Source: a virus
IMG/VR virus record: IMGVR_UViG_3300045988_149331
Location: 1-64,000 of that record
Direction: 5' to 3' (one strand)
Length of the DNA: 64,000 nucleotides
Part shown: one piece after another, positions 8,243 to 18,141 of the stretch
Numbering within the stretch: the first letter of the stretch is position 1
Layout: every line of letters begins with the position of its first letter
Notes under the pieces: model-generated
The model's database searches: none
Told to the model about the DNA's origin: nothing
Seen by the model: the letters and a program-made list of their open reading frames with translations, nothing else
Made by a program: the position numbers and the translations under genes

Positions 8243-9367
8243 TTATGATATAACGCCGATGAATTCACCCACCGCAAACTGGTTGACACTTCGGTAGCAA
8301 TTATAATTGTTTCCTTCAACAGTTACCTCCACCGCAGGCTTCATAGGTACGCCGAAACCACTCGACGAAACACCCTTGATGGTCATAGGCGCAGGCACAC
8401 ACACCCACAGATAGGCCACCTCACCAAACGGCACTTCGATATCGCCCGCCGGAGTGGTCTCGATTTCACGAGCCGTAAAGTCCAGCACATCAGCTTCGGT
8501 GAGGGTATCTTTCGGGTTGGCGCCGTAGTACATTTTGGCGTTTGCCTCCACGGTGATTTCAGCCGATTTGGCGATACCTTTTATCACAGCCGTTACTGTG
8601 TATTTGGTAGTCTCGGATATGTGGTCTACAACGCTCTTAAGCACCACATCGGTCGTCAGTACGGTGTCGCCGCGCTTAACCGTAAGCGAATCGGGCGTCA
8701 CTTCCTCGCCGTCGAACTTGGTGGACCAGTTAACCGTTACGTCGGTAAGTGCGCCAGCCGTAATACTGGGAGGGACGGCCGCTACTACCAGCGCGGCCTT
8801 GGAGCCGAACAACACTTCTTCGATAACGTCCAATCGTTGGTCGGTGGCTTCCTTGTATTGGTCGAAAATTTCAGACGAAACCAGTCCTAACATTTCGGCC
8901 GTCAGGTTACCTTTAATCGTAACGCCGTCAATAGACGGCAGATTTTTGAGTTCGTTGTAATCAGTCGTACCGCTTCCACCCCCGCCGTTGATAACGGGGA
9001 TCATGACGGCTTGCGCCTGCCAGTAGTTCGTGTTCCAGAACAACGTTATAAACGCTACATGGTCAGCATCGGTCGTAACCTCGATAGGGTCCAGCGAAGC
9101 GTCAATGAAATTCTTGAAAGTAACCGTCGTGTTAACGCCTACTTGCGACAGATACGCCACACGGGCCGAAGGAGGTTCGATGGGGTCAGTCGTAGAGTCA
9201 GCGATACCAACAATCGACGTACTCATCGAGGTCTCCAGTTGCTGAACGTAATCCAACAGAGCCAGCTCGTAGTTTTGCTGATTGGGGACTTGCACTTTAG
9301 TCCCCTCAGGCCGCTCTTCGAGGGTCTGAAGAATAAGTTTTCGGACTTCGTTATAAGACAGTGGCAT
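8243..9367 (-). CDS. tail fibre / receptor-binding protein 2
   Basis: 374 aa. C-terminal domain '...VNWSTKFDGEEVTPDSLTVKRGDTVLT...TAVIKGIAKSAEITV...YLWVCVP...GFGVPM...YNCYRS' aligns with fibre 1. Confidence 0.6.
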   Translation of the reverse strand: MPLSYNEVRKLILQTLEERPEGTKVQVPNQQNYELALLDYVQQLETSMSTSIVGIADSTTDPIEPPSARVAYLSQVGVNTTVTFKNFIDASLDPIEVTTDADHVAFITLFWNTNYWQAQAVMIPVINGGGGSGTTDYNELKNLPSIDGVTIKGNLTAEMLGLVSSEIFDQYKEATDQRLDVIEEVLFGSKAALVVAAVPPSITAGALTDVTVNWSTKFDGEEVTPDSLTVKRGDTVLTTDVVLKSVVDHISETTKYTVTAVIKGIAKSAEITVEANAKMYYGANPKDTLTEADVLDFTAREIETTPAGDIEVPFGEVAYLWVCVPAPMTIKGVSSSGFGVPMKPAVEVTVEGNNYNCYRSVNQFAVGEFIGVIS

Positions 9368-9369
9368 GG

Positions 9370-10263
9370 TTATGAATATTCTTGTTCGTTGTAGTCGTCG
9401 CTGTAGCTTCGATTATCTACAAGATTATAATTGATGATGATGGAAATGCGTTCGAGAGTTTCCTCTTTGACCTTCTCGTCATACTCCTCGAACAATTGCT
9501 CACAGGTCTTATACGCCGTGGGGCGGATAGCGCGTTTTACCCAAATCCCTATGCAATCATTGGGGTTCATCGTATCGGCGACAAGCAGTGTGTTGTCGAT
9601 AGCGTTGCGGAATTCGCCGTCAAACTCCAAACGTATCTTTCCGCCTTCCTCGTTCATGACGCTGACCTCAAACGGTTCGATGGATTCGGTATCGCGCCGC
9701 TCGATGCGGAACACCTTTTCACTCACGTAAACCACCTGCCATACCGAACTGTCAGCGAAGGCTTCAGCAACGGCATCGAACGTTCCCTTGTAATCGGCAG
9801 TTTTAGGCGATTTGACGAGAATATTGAACGGTTCCAGTACAAACTCCTCGCCGACGGCCGCAGGCGAAATTATGGTCACTTGTACGCCTGCGCGGCGAAA
9901 GTCGGCGTTGTAGAACGTAGCGTTGATAGGTAACGAGTACCGCGTTTTCAGTGACTCCATCTGGAGATCGTTGACCTTTACGGCAGCCAGTTCAAATTGG
10001 CACACGTCATCGTCCGCCCCCACAATCTTGATTTCAACGTCTGAAACCGGTTGGTTGTAACCGTTGATAAGGGCAAACGCCATACACTCGGTAGGGCGGT
10101 TCTGAAGCGTCAGCAACGATATCTGGTCAAACAGCACGTTCAGCGCCCCGTTCGGCACCGGGGTTGATGACACATACCCTCCAAGACTCATCCTCGGATC
10201 ATTTTGAGGCGCGTCAGGCGAGGTCTTCCATGAGTTTGGCGCACCTGTTAAGTATAACATCAT
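9370..10263 (-). CDS. hypothetical baseplate/tail structural protein
   Basis: 297-aa ORF with a 4-nt overlap with its neighbour, inside the baseplate-fibre module. Confidence 0.55.
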   Translation of the reverse strand: MMLYLTGAPNSWKTSPDAPQNDPRMSLGGYVSSTPVPNGALNVLFDQISLLTLQNRPTECMAFALINGYNQPVSDVEIKIVGADDDVCQFELAAVKVNDLQMESLKTRYSLPINATFYNADFRRAGVQVTIISPAAVGEEFVLEPFNILVKSPKTADYKGTFDAVAEAFADSSVWQVVYVSEKVFRIERRDTESIEPFEVSVMNEEGGKIRLEFDGEFRNAIDNTLLVADTMNPNDCIGIWVKRAIRPTAYKTCEQLFEEYDEKVKEETLERISIIINYNLVDNRSYSDDYNEQEYS

Positions 10264-11618
10264 AGGTTGACGGTCAAAACAGAGTTAATAAGCGTTTTCT
10301 GCGATGAAGCAATACGGTCCTGATACGTGGCTTGCGGGAACGCCTTGAAGGCCGTAGCCGACTGGCCCGATACATCGCGGAACCGCATCGTGAGAGAAGT
10401 TTGTCCAGCGTTAAGCGGCACGAAGATATTCACCGCTGCGTCCGTTACCGGGAACCGAGCTGTCGAGTGAACGCCGCCCCACGTAGTCGCCCCTGACGCC
10501 ACCATCTGGTATTCGATTTCCGACACCGACGGTACGATCACGAAGTCGTCACCTTCGCCGAGTGAAATATCACCGCTCCAAGATGCCAGGGTGAGGGTAG
10601 TGTTGGCGTTATCAACGATGCGGACGCCTTTTCCAGTAGCGCGGTTGAACAGCGTCCAGCCGGCAAACGTAGACGAAGGAATGGTTCCTGTATCACCCGA
10701 CACCGTACCGAGGATGTTGTTATGGCCTCCCAAAATACGGAACCGGAGAGCCGAACTCCGGATTTCAAACGACGTTACGGTGTAACCGTTTTCAACGCCA
10801 ATACGAAGCATGTTCCCGAACCGCTCCACGTCGAGTACACTGACGATGTTGGTCGCAGCGGCTGTGATTTCTTCGACGGGTTCGGCGTTGAAAGTACAGC
10901 TGTTGCGCATATCTACAATCGCCATATCACCGCTATCCCAGTTCAGCTGGGCGATGATGAACTCACGGCCTTCTTCAACCTCAGGCTGTGTTTCTGACTG
11001 TATCATTCGCACAGCGAACGAGTCGTACTCGTAGATGAGTTCGTTGGCGGTGGAAGGTACAAATCCTGGCGTGAACGCTCCCACCACGCCGTATCGAATG
11101 CCGCTTTCAGCCGCGGCCGGAGCGGCAATGACGGCCGACGTGTCAGAAACTACGTTGATAACCTCGTAATTGAGGATGTTTTTGGTAGAGTCTATGAACT
11201 TGACAGCGTTAGGGAAGTTATCGCCGCCACGAAGCACCTTGGTGAACTCAGTACCGACGCCTGTTAACGTACCGTCGGTGGCTACCGATACCGTTCCAGG
11301 TTCGTAGTTGTTCACCGCCCGTGAAAGAACGACCCACGTCCGCGTATCGGATTGTATGGCTTGTGCCGTTACGACTTCGAGGTTGATGATGCGGTTGAAG
11401 TCCTTATCCCAGGCCGTACCGGGAGCGATGGAAATAACGTTCTCCTCGCCAGTGGCCGTAACCTCGAAGGCGTTGACGTTGGAATCGCGAGCGATTCCAA
11501 AATTCTTCACCATGGATTTGAAAACAGCCTTGTATCCTTCATCGACAATCAACCGACGAAAGTTCTCCAATTCGGCAACCTCCAGGAAGAGGTTGGGTGA
11601 TAATTTCAATTTCGACAT
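10260..11618 (-). CDS. hypothetical baseplate/tail structural protein
   Basis: 452-aa ORF. Call rests on position only. Confidence 0.55.
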   Translation of the reverse strand: MSKLKLSPNLFLEVAELENFRRLIVDEGYKAVFKSMVKNFGIARDSNVNAFEVTATGEENVISIAPGTAWDKDFNRIINLEVVTAQAIQSDTRTWVVLSRAVNNYEPGTVSVATDGTLTGVGTEFTKVLRGGDNFPNAVKFIDSTKNILNYEVINVVSDTSAVIAAPAAAESGIRYGVVGAFTPGFVPSTANELIYEYDSFAVRMIQSETQPEVEEGREFIIAQLNWDSGDMAIVDMRNSCTFNAEPVEEITAAATNIVSVLDVERFGNMLRIGVENGYTVTSFEIRSSALRFRILGGHNNILGTVSGDTGTIPSSTFAGWTLFNRATGKGVRIVDNANTTLTLASWSGDISLGEGDDFVIVPSVSEIEYQMVASGATTWGGVHSTARFPVTDAAVNIFVPLNAGQTSLTMRFRDVSGQSATAFKAFPQATYQDRIASSQKTLINSVLTVNL

Positions 11619-11620
11619 AT

Positions 11621-13747
11621 CTATTCGATCTTAATGGCGTTGACGTTTGTTTTGAGGTCTACAAGAGCCTTGTCACCTACCGAGTTTATGATAATTGTAT
11701 TTGGCGTCACTATCATGTAGGGCGTGAACTCAGACGGCGTGGTCGAGGTGTTGACAGGTGTCGTTCCGTACACGAACACAGGCTGGTACCCATACGGGAT
11801 CAAGTAGCGGTTCACGATACGCTCCAACTCGGCCTGGGACATTGTGTTATTGTTGTTCTTCAAGAAGATGTAGAACAACTGCCGGGACTGAATAAAGCCG
11901 TTTGAACGAGCATCAACACGAAGCGTTTCTTTCAACGGCAGTATGTTGCGTCCGTATACCAACGGACGAATCTTGTAGTTCCAAATGTAGAGCGTAGCCG
12001 TGTCGTCGTCGCCTCCGAGCTGAATCTTCGGCAGAATGTATTCGACGCCGTAATTGTTGTAGCACAACTGTGTTCCCAGATGCGGCATTATATTCAGGCC
12101 TGGTGTGCGAACTGTTACGGGCTTGGTGGCATAGGCATGGATGATGCCGCGAACGTGATACCACGTGTTGGATTTAATGGCCGACAGCGGTACATTCTCA
12201 GCGAAATAATCCGTCACGGCAGCAGAATCCAAGCGGATGAATCCGGTACTTAGAGCGGTCTTGAAATTATTGAACGCCTCGACGCCAAAATTCAGCGTAC
12301 CTTTGCCGTCGGTCTTCATCCAGAACGACACCTCGTACGACAGGTTGCAGTCGGCGTTGTAAATACGGTCGCTAACCGGGGTTGAATTATCGCCACGCCC
12401 CAAACCGCCGGAGCCTGTAATTTTCAGGCAGACCTTGTTCTTGTAAACGGGGGTCTTCTTCTCGCGGTCGTAACCGACGATATACTGGTCGGCAATCTCT
12501 TCGATAGCGACGTTACCGGTAGTTACAAAGTCATCAAGGCTTTCGAAGTCGGGTGACGTTTCGCGTGTTTTGTTCAGCTGGTTTGAATCTCCAACGCCGC
12601 GATACATAGGCGACGACTGCCCCAGGCACCACCCCATTTTGGCTGCAGGGAGGTTGTCGGTCAGCAACTCGTCGCTATCGTTAAGCCCAAACAGGCGCAC
12701 GAATTCGCCGTTGTAGAGTTGATCGCCACCACGGCGTGTGAACACCATCGCCGTACCTCGCTTGCGTATTTCGTCGTAGTAGTGCGACGCCAGATACTGC
12801 AGTTCTTCCAGTGTGACGGTCTTTTCATCGAAGTACAGCCCGATCTCGCGAACGTACTCACGCAGCATATCGAAGTCGTTGTAGATGTTTTCAAACCGCT
12901 TGGCGAATGACACCATCATAGCGAAGAATCGCCCAACGGTCGAAAACAGCGACACATAGTCTTGATCTTCCTGGTAATTACGATCAGCGCCGCGCGTCAC
13001 GTATTCCGCCATTACGCCGCGATAATACAATTTCTTGAACAGGTTACGTTCGATATGCTTGGTCTGCTCGGACGATATCACTCCTGCAAAGATCGACTCG
13101 TCGATTGTCGGGGCAATGAACTTGATAGGTACAGCCGTACCTTTGAAGGTCATCGAGTTGAACGTGATGGGCGCACCACCGCCACGGCGGATGTATTGAA
13201 CCTCAATCGTCATCACACCATCAGCGGTAATAGGCTCTAAAGCCGCCAGCGCTGCGTCGGTGAGTTCAGTCCATTCCGTCCAGAACAGTTCATCAGCCGA
13301 AATGCGGAATAACCGTACCACGTCTGCCACGGCTTCTATCCCCGTTAAATCTTCGTTGAAGGATGTAAACGTTACGCGGCCTGAAATCTCGCACGAAATA
13401 GCTATCGTCAGTGAGTCACCAACGGCCTCCATCGTATTATTCAGCGTAGGGACCTCAGAGTCGTCATACATCAACTCTGCGCCGTCGCGGCGGTACTTAC
13501 CCTCTTCTCCGTCAGAGACCGTTAAAACGAGACTGCCATCACTTTTAAGGACAGCATCGGCAGGGGGTTTGTCCAGACTCAGCATCAAGTCGCCTTGAAC
13601 GCCCGACGTGTTGTTGATAGTCTTGGGCTCTTGGAGAATCTCAGCCTCATAGATTTCAGGCCGCTTGCCTGCTGCCCACGCCGTGATCGTCACTTCGTTG
13701 TTACTCGAAACGACTACTCGGCTGCGTATAGAGGTGGTGAGATTCAT
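11621..13747 (-). CDS. large baseplate-associated structural protein
   Basis: 708-aa ORF immediately downstream of the baseplate-J-like gene. Confidence 0.55.
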   Translation of the reverse strand: MNLTTSIRSRVVVSSNNEVTITAWAAGKRPEIYEAEILQEPKTINNTSGVQGDLMLSLDKPPADAVLKSDGSLVLTVSDGEEGKYRRDGAELMYDDSEVPTLNNTMEAVGDSLTIAISCEISGRVTFTSFNEDLTGIEAVADVVRLFRISADELFWTEWTELTDAALAALEPITADGVMTIEVQYIRRGGGAPITFNSMTFKGTAVPIKFIAPTIDESIFAGVISSEQTKHIERNLFKKLYYRGVMAEYVTRGADRNYQEDQDYVSLFSTVGRFFAMMVSFAKRFENIYNDFDMLREYVREIGLYFDEKTVTLEELQYLASHYYDEIRKRGTAMVFTRRGGDQLYNGEFVRLFGLNDSDELLTDNLPAAKMGWCLGQSSPMYRGVGDSNQLNKTRETSPDFESLDDFVTTGNVAIEEIADQYIVGYDREKKTPVYKNKVCLKITGSGGLGRGDNSTPVSDRIYNADCNLSYEVSFWMKTDGKGTLNFGVEAFNNFKTALSTGFIRLDSAAVTDYFAENVPLSAIKSNTWYHVRGIIHAYATKPVTVRTPGLNIMPHLGTQLCYNNYGVEYILPKIQLGGDDDTATLYIWNYKIRPLVYGRNILPLKETLRVDARSNGFIQSRQLFYIFLKNNNNTMSQAELERIVNRYLIPYGYQPVFVYGTTPVNTSTTPSEFTPYMIVTPNTIIINSVGDKALVDLKTNVNAIKIE

Positions 13748-13748
13748 A

Positions 13749-15008
13749 TCAGATCGACATTAAAACGGTTGCTTGATAGTTTGCATCCTCGGCGTTAGGA
13801 TAGTACACCTCGGACAGCACCCCGGCATTATCGACAATCACGTTACTGTCCAAGTCGCGCATCACGAAACTCCTAACGCGCGGCAGTGTGTACTCCGGTA
13901 CGTTGATGTCGTAGTTGGGGTTGAAATGTGTGTCAGGCACATAGCGTACACCCTCGACGTTCTTGACGACGTACAACAGGTCTTCCCATTCCACCTTGTC
14001 GCCCGGCTCCCAGAATCGGTAATCGAACAGTTTGTTCATCTGGAGTTGGATTTGAGTGCGAACGTCGTCGGTATTGTATGCCGGGTCAATATCGACACGG
14101 AAATCAACGTTCACAAACAGCCAATTCACGTTACGCAGATTAATGGCCGGATAACGCGCTCCGGCGATCGATACACGCAGCAGGTCAGTCAGACACAGAT
14201 ACTCTTCAGCGCGAGAATACATTTCGTCAAACTCTTCCTGTGTAAACTCCTGACCGTTGACTGAAACCACCGTCATGTTAATGCGGCTTTCGGCGGCCGA
14301 TCCGGTGGTTTGCGTTTCGCCATAGCCACCCTTCAGTACGCGCAACACTCGCGGGTTGATCTTCATCAGCACCTGTTCCAACTGCGAAAGCGTGTTCATG
14401 GACAATTGGTTGACGCTTTCTTTCACGCGGATGCGGAATGTTTCGTCGTCTTCCTGATCGCGCCCTCCGGTAGCCTGGTATTCGTTAGTACAACTCTGGT
14501 GCCCCGGAGGCGTCGGGTTAACGCGGTTGAGCGACAGCGGAGGCACGTTGGTAGTGGCGCCTGACTTGGTGCATCTTACTGGGATGTAAGCGATGCGTGA
14601 ATTTACGACCACGCGACCAGTATCATCTGTACCGCCGATAATGACGTCTTCCGTAGAAACGAACGTCAATCCGGTCGTTGAAGTGAACATCGTCCCGGCC
14701 TGGTAGAACGTTCCGGGATCGCCTATCACACGGACGTAGGTTGTTGCTGGAGCAGCGCCGAAGCGTGGCGCCACACCGCGTAACGCCGCCAGGGCGTCCA
14801 GGTATTCACCCGCAGCGGTGTCGGGGAAGATGTGACCTTCGATGACGGCTTGGTTGACCATGATCTTCTGGCCGATCTTGGCGTCAGAATAGGCCATGGC
14901 GTTCAGTACCGATTCAGCCGATACGTCGGAAACCTTGTCAGTCTTGTTGAGGAATATCTCAAGCCACATCTGCTTGAGTTCCTCCATGGACGTTATCTGA
15001 GTTATCAT
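13749..15008 (-). CDS. baseplate J-like (gp6/gpJ family) protein
   Basis: '...FPDTAAGEYLDALAALRGVAPRFGAAPATTYVRVIGDPGTFYQAGTMFTS' fits the Baseplate_J pattern. Start chosen at the ATGA overlap (ATG 15008..15006 against TGA 15007..15005); the longest ORF would start at 15065. Confidence 0.6.
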   Translation of the reverse strand: MITQITSMEELKQMWLEIFLNKTDKVSDVSAESVLNAMAYSDAKIGQKIMVNQAVIEGHIFPDTAAGEYLDALAALRGVAPRFGAAPATTYVRVIGDPGTFYQAGTMFTSTTGLTFVSTEDVIIGGTDDTGRVVVNSRIAYIPVRCTKSGATTNVPPLSLNRVNPTPPGHQSCTNEYQATGGRDQEDDETFRIRVKESVNQLSMNTLSQLEQVLMKINPRVLRVLKGGYGETQTTGSAAESRINMTVVSVNGQEFTQEEFDEMYSRAEEYLCLTDLLRVSIAGARYPAINLRNVNWLFVNVDFRVDIDPAYNTDDVRTQIQLQMNKLFDYRFWEPGDKVEWEDLLYVVKNVEGVRYVPDTHFNPNYDINVPEYTLPRVRSFVMRDLDSNVIVDNAGVLSEVYYPNAEDANYQATVLMSI

Positions 15009-16006
15009 AGCTTCACTTTTTTGATCACTTTGTCGTTGTACTTGGTCTTGATTTCCAAGGTACATACCAGCCCGTCCTGTACTTGCTCGATGGCTGTCAT
15101 ATCAACCGATTCAAACAAATCGTCCTGGAGGAACGTGTCTACCTGTTGGCGGCGTACCGTGGGTAACGATAGCTGCGCTGCGGTAACACCTGCCGTCAGG
15201 TTCGGGTCTACACCCAACAGCGGGTTATCGGGAACGGTTCCGCGGCGAAGTCCCATGAGGATCATCACCTTTTGGTCTATGTTGTCCTTGTATTTAACGA
15301 TTTTAAGGTCGCCTATACGCCGGGCCGAGGTGACGGTCGTTTCGTCGCCAGATCGTCCAAAAACGGCCTTTGTGTTCACTTCCTCCTCGACCTCTATGGC
15401 GATCTTACGGGCGATGTCTTTACCGTAGACTTGTTCGCCGACGGGTGGTTCGAGAATAGTCCGTACAGCGGCAGGCGTGATATTGTTCACCATAGCGGTA
15501 ACAGGCACCAGTTCGTCGATCTCCCACTGGTCTTCTTCCAGGTCGTTGTCTAACATCAACTGCTCCCACGTCACGCGGTCGTAGCCGCTGGACTGAATGG
15601 CCGTCGATAAGTCTTCCATCGTGCGCTGAGCGCCAATTGTCGATTCAACCTGAATTACGGGCTTATAGTTACGGGCCGTGAGCGTGGTGCGGCGGAACTT
15701 TGGTAGCTTGACGACCTTTTCAACTTGCGTAATGAGGTCATCGATCCACTCCATCAGCAGCCAATAGCCGCAGTTGTCGAAACGGTTGGCGTAGTTCTTG
15801 AACTGTGCCTGTAGTTCCTTACAGTCAGCCAGGAGTTTCTGGAGACGGCGCAAGCGGTCGTGATCGACAGTTTCACTCAACCCCGAGAAATACTGGTCGA
15901 TGAACGTATAGTCGTTATCAAAGAATTCTTGATACCGTTCCAGAAAGTCTGTGAGGCGGTATTTCGTAACGTTCGAAAAACGGATTATGTATTCAGCTAC
16001 CAGCAT
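15005..16006 (-). CDS. baseplate wedge protein with a gp25/W-like C-terminal domain
   Basis: C-terminal 'GKDIARKI...GDLKIVKYKDNIDQKVMILMGLRRGTVPDNPLLGV...VRRQQVDTFLQDDLFESV' resembles GPW/gp25. It sits directly upstream of the J-like gene. Alternative start at 16033. Confidence 0.45.
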   Translation of the reverse strand: MLVAEYIIRFSNVTKYRLTDFLERYQEFFDNDYTFIDQYFSGLSETVDHDRLRRLQKLLADCKELQAQFKNYANRFDNCGYWLLMEWIDDLITQVEKVVKLPKFRRTTLTARNYKPVIQVESTIGAQRTMEDLSTAIQSSGYDRVTWEQLMLDNDLEEDQWEIDELVPVTAMVNNITPAAVRTILEPPVGEQVYGKDIARKIAIEVEEEVNTKAVFGRSGDETTVTSARRIGDLKIVKYKDNIDQKVMILMGLRRGTVPDNPLLGVDPNLTAGVTAAQLSLPTVRRQQVDTFLQDDLFESVDMTAIEQVQDGLVCTLEIKTKYNDKVIKKVKL

Positions 16007-16008
16007 CG

Positions 16009-16797
16009 TCAAAACATATTCATCACCCCACAAGTGAGGAGATCAGTTACTTGGCCCAGAACCCGCGTCACGCTTCTGCTCAACGACTGGTTCATGACCT
16101 GACCTAAAAAGTCGTTGACGCTCTTGATGGTAGTATAGGCTGCCACACCACGCAACTCCACTGAGTAGTTCCATATCATGTTACTGTTCTCGTCCATCGA
16201 GTAGTTATCCTGGACGACTTCGACGTAGTATGCCGTATTGAAGGCATGGTTGGTGAACACCAGTCGATAGGGCTTGCCGTTAGGGTCCAATTTGGTGGAT
16301 GCAGTTAGAATTTTCTGCATCATCTTGGTGAGGCCGTACCCTGTTTTGGCGATCATAGTCTTGTTATCACCTACCCCAGCCGCTCCGGTGAACATACCGA
16401 CGTTGAAAAACGGTATTGAATTGCCCTCTTCGGAGGTGTCCTTGAACTGCTGTTGGCCAAACGACACGCGAAGTTTACGGCCAAACGTACCACGCAACGA
16501 AATATCGACGGGGTTGAACGACGGGTTGATCATCGACACTACCACGTTGTTGGTCTTGCTGATAGTGGTTAACGACGTCCGGCTCTCGGTAATGTTTGAA
16601 GGCATCACCGGAAGGTTCATGAAAGCCGCAGTTTCGCCGCTCGACCTCAGCAATTCCAACGTACACATGTAGTATTCATAGTCGTCAGGAGCAACAGCGT
16701 GAACCAACCCGCGCCCCATCGTTACAAGGGCGTCGCTGGCCGCGCTGGCAAAATCGCCTGTGGCCTTATTCAGAACTGTTCCTGCTATGGTCGGCAT
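16009..16797 (-). CDS. hypothetical baseplate protein
   Basis: 262-aa ORF lying between the 148-aa ORF 16826..17272 (downstream of the spike-like gene) and the W-like gene. Confidence 0.5.
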   Translation of the reverse strand: MPTIAGTVLNKATGDFASAASDALVTMGRGLVHAVAPDDYEYYMCTLELLRSSGETAAFMNLPVMPSNITESRTSLTTISKTNNVVVSMINPSFNPVDISLRGTFGRKLRVSFGQQQFKDTSEEGNSIPFFNVGMFTGAAGVGDNKTMIAKTGYGLTKMMQKILTASTKLDPNGKPYRLVFTNHAFNTAYYVEVVQDNYSMDENSNMIWNYSVELRGVAAYTTIKSVNDFLGQVMNQSLSRSVTRVLGQVTDLLTCGVMNMF

Positions 16798-16825
16798 CGT
16801 CTTAAATTTACATCAGTTATACTTG

Positions 16826-17272
16826 TTACAAGGGCAGCGCCGACAATGCCGCGTTAGCCTGAGCGAGTAGTTGCGCTGCGGCAGTCACAGGAGCCGGCAA
16901 CGGTATCATAAAGCCGCCGACAATCCGCGTCACCTGAGATATTGCGGCGTTACCGGTAGCCACAGTGGCTTTCGCCGTTGCGGCACCAGATTTAGCTGAA
17001 GCGATAACACCCGCCGAAGCTACACCAGCCATAGGGTCGGCGCACACAGCTTGAACAACCAGCGTACTGCAAGCGTCGATGGCGTTCTGAGCGGATGTTT
17101 CGGCTGCTGTAAGCCACGTTTCGGCCTCGTCTATTTTTTGCTGTATGGCGTCACCAACTGCCGACTCCATCTCGTTGACGTAGTTTTCAGCCTCGTCGGC
17201 GGGGAGCGTGTCGATGTAGTCCTTACACGTAGCGCGGATGACCATCTTGGGGTCTATGCCTAACTTTCCCAT
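16826..17272 (-). CDS. hypothetical Ala-rich protein
   Basis: 148-aa ORF in operon context. Confidence 0.45.
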   Translation of the reverse strand: MGKLGIDPKMVIRATCKDYIDTLPADEAENYVNEMESAVGDAIQQKIDEAETWLTAAETSAQNAIDACSTLVVQAVCADPMAGVASAGVIASAKSGAATAKATVATGNAAISQVTRIVGGFMIPLPAPVTAAAQLLAQANAALSALPL

Positions 17273-17277
17273 GAGCG

Positions 17278-18141
17278 TCAGTGTGATAATTTCTTGTCTT
17301 CCATTTTCGGCATTTCACTGGCCATCCACTGCGACAGGTTAGAACCCGACGAAGCTATCAACAGGTCTTTTTGGAGAGCCTGAACCAGCGATTCTATCTG
17401 GGCTATGTTGATGACGCCGCGGTTAGCACCACCGTTAAACGAAGCCTGATCGCCCTTGACGATAAACGTCGATTTGCCGCCTTTGGTCGTATACTGGAGT
17501 TCGTCGTCTTGTAATATGAGTTCAATACCAGCCTCGGTATCAACGCCATTCAGTATGTGGGCTGTGATACGTGAAGCAGAGGTTATTTCAACGTTCTTAT
17601 CACCCGAAACAGCAATGTCAGCGTCAGAGGTGATGTTTATCTTAGAATCAGCATTGGCTGAATGAACGAAGATGTTCAATTCAGCGGGGGTGTCTTCAGT
17701 ACCGTTGACGTATATGTCGATGATACCTTGTGAGGCGTCAGCCTTCATTTCGGCAATAACGCCGTCCGACTCCTTGCGCATGGTGCGTTGACCCGGCTGT
17801 TGTTGGTTAAACTTTCGCAGGTCGAGGGAATTCACCACCACGGGCCATTGGTTGTACTCGTCGAGTACCCAAACAATAGGCGTTCCAAATTCTTCAGTCG
17901 ATACCGGGAATTCAACCGTCTCCAGGACCGAAGGCGGGATTGGCACGTCATTATAAATAGAACGTCCCGCACCGCCTTGGATAGACACCGTATTGGTGCG
18001 CATGCAGTTTTGAATGTATAGTTCGCGGTTGTCGCCCCCTTCAGGAATAACGATATATCCAATGCCACCGCATCCTATTTGAATACGATTCATTTGTACG
18101 CCAAACGGCGCGGGCGAACGTTTGTATTCTTTAGTTTCCAT
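17278..18141 (-). CDS. putative central spike / baseplate hub protein with a beta-helix-like C-terminal part
   Basis: Repetitive beta-strand segment 'KINITSDADIAVSGDKNVEITSASRITAHILNGV'. Located after the tail lysin. Confidence 0.4.
   Translation of the reverse strand: METKEYKRSPAPFGVQMNRIQIGCGGIGYIVIPEGGDNRELYIQNCMRTNTVSIQGGAGRSIYNDVPIPPSVLETVEFPVSTEEFGTPIVWVLDEYNQWPVVVNSLDLRKFNQQQPGQRTMRKESDGVIAEMKADASQGIIDIYVNGTEDTPAELNIFVHSANADSKINITSDADIAVSGDKNVEITSASRITAHILNGVDTEAGIELILQDDELQYTTKGGKSTFIVKGDQASFNGGANRGVINIAQIESLVQALQKDLLIASSGSNLSQWMASEMPKMEDKKLSH

Noticed and set aside
6449-8815. A diversity-generating retroelement (template and variable repeats) acting on the two similar fibre C-termini.
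   Set aside because: No reverse transcriptase gene is present in the window. The two DNA copies are diverged at all base types rather than differing mainly at adenines.
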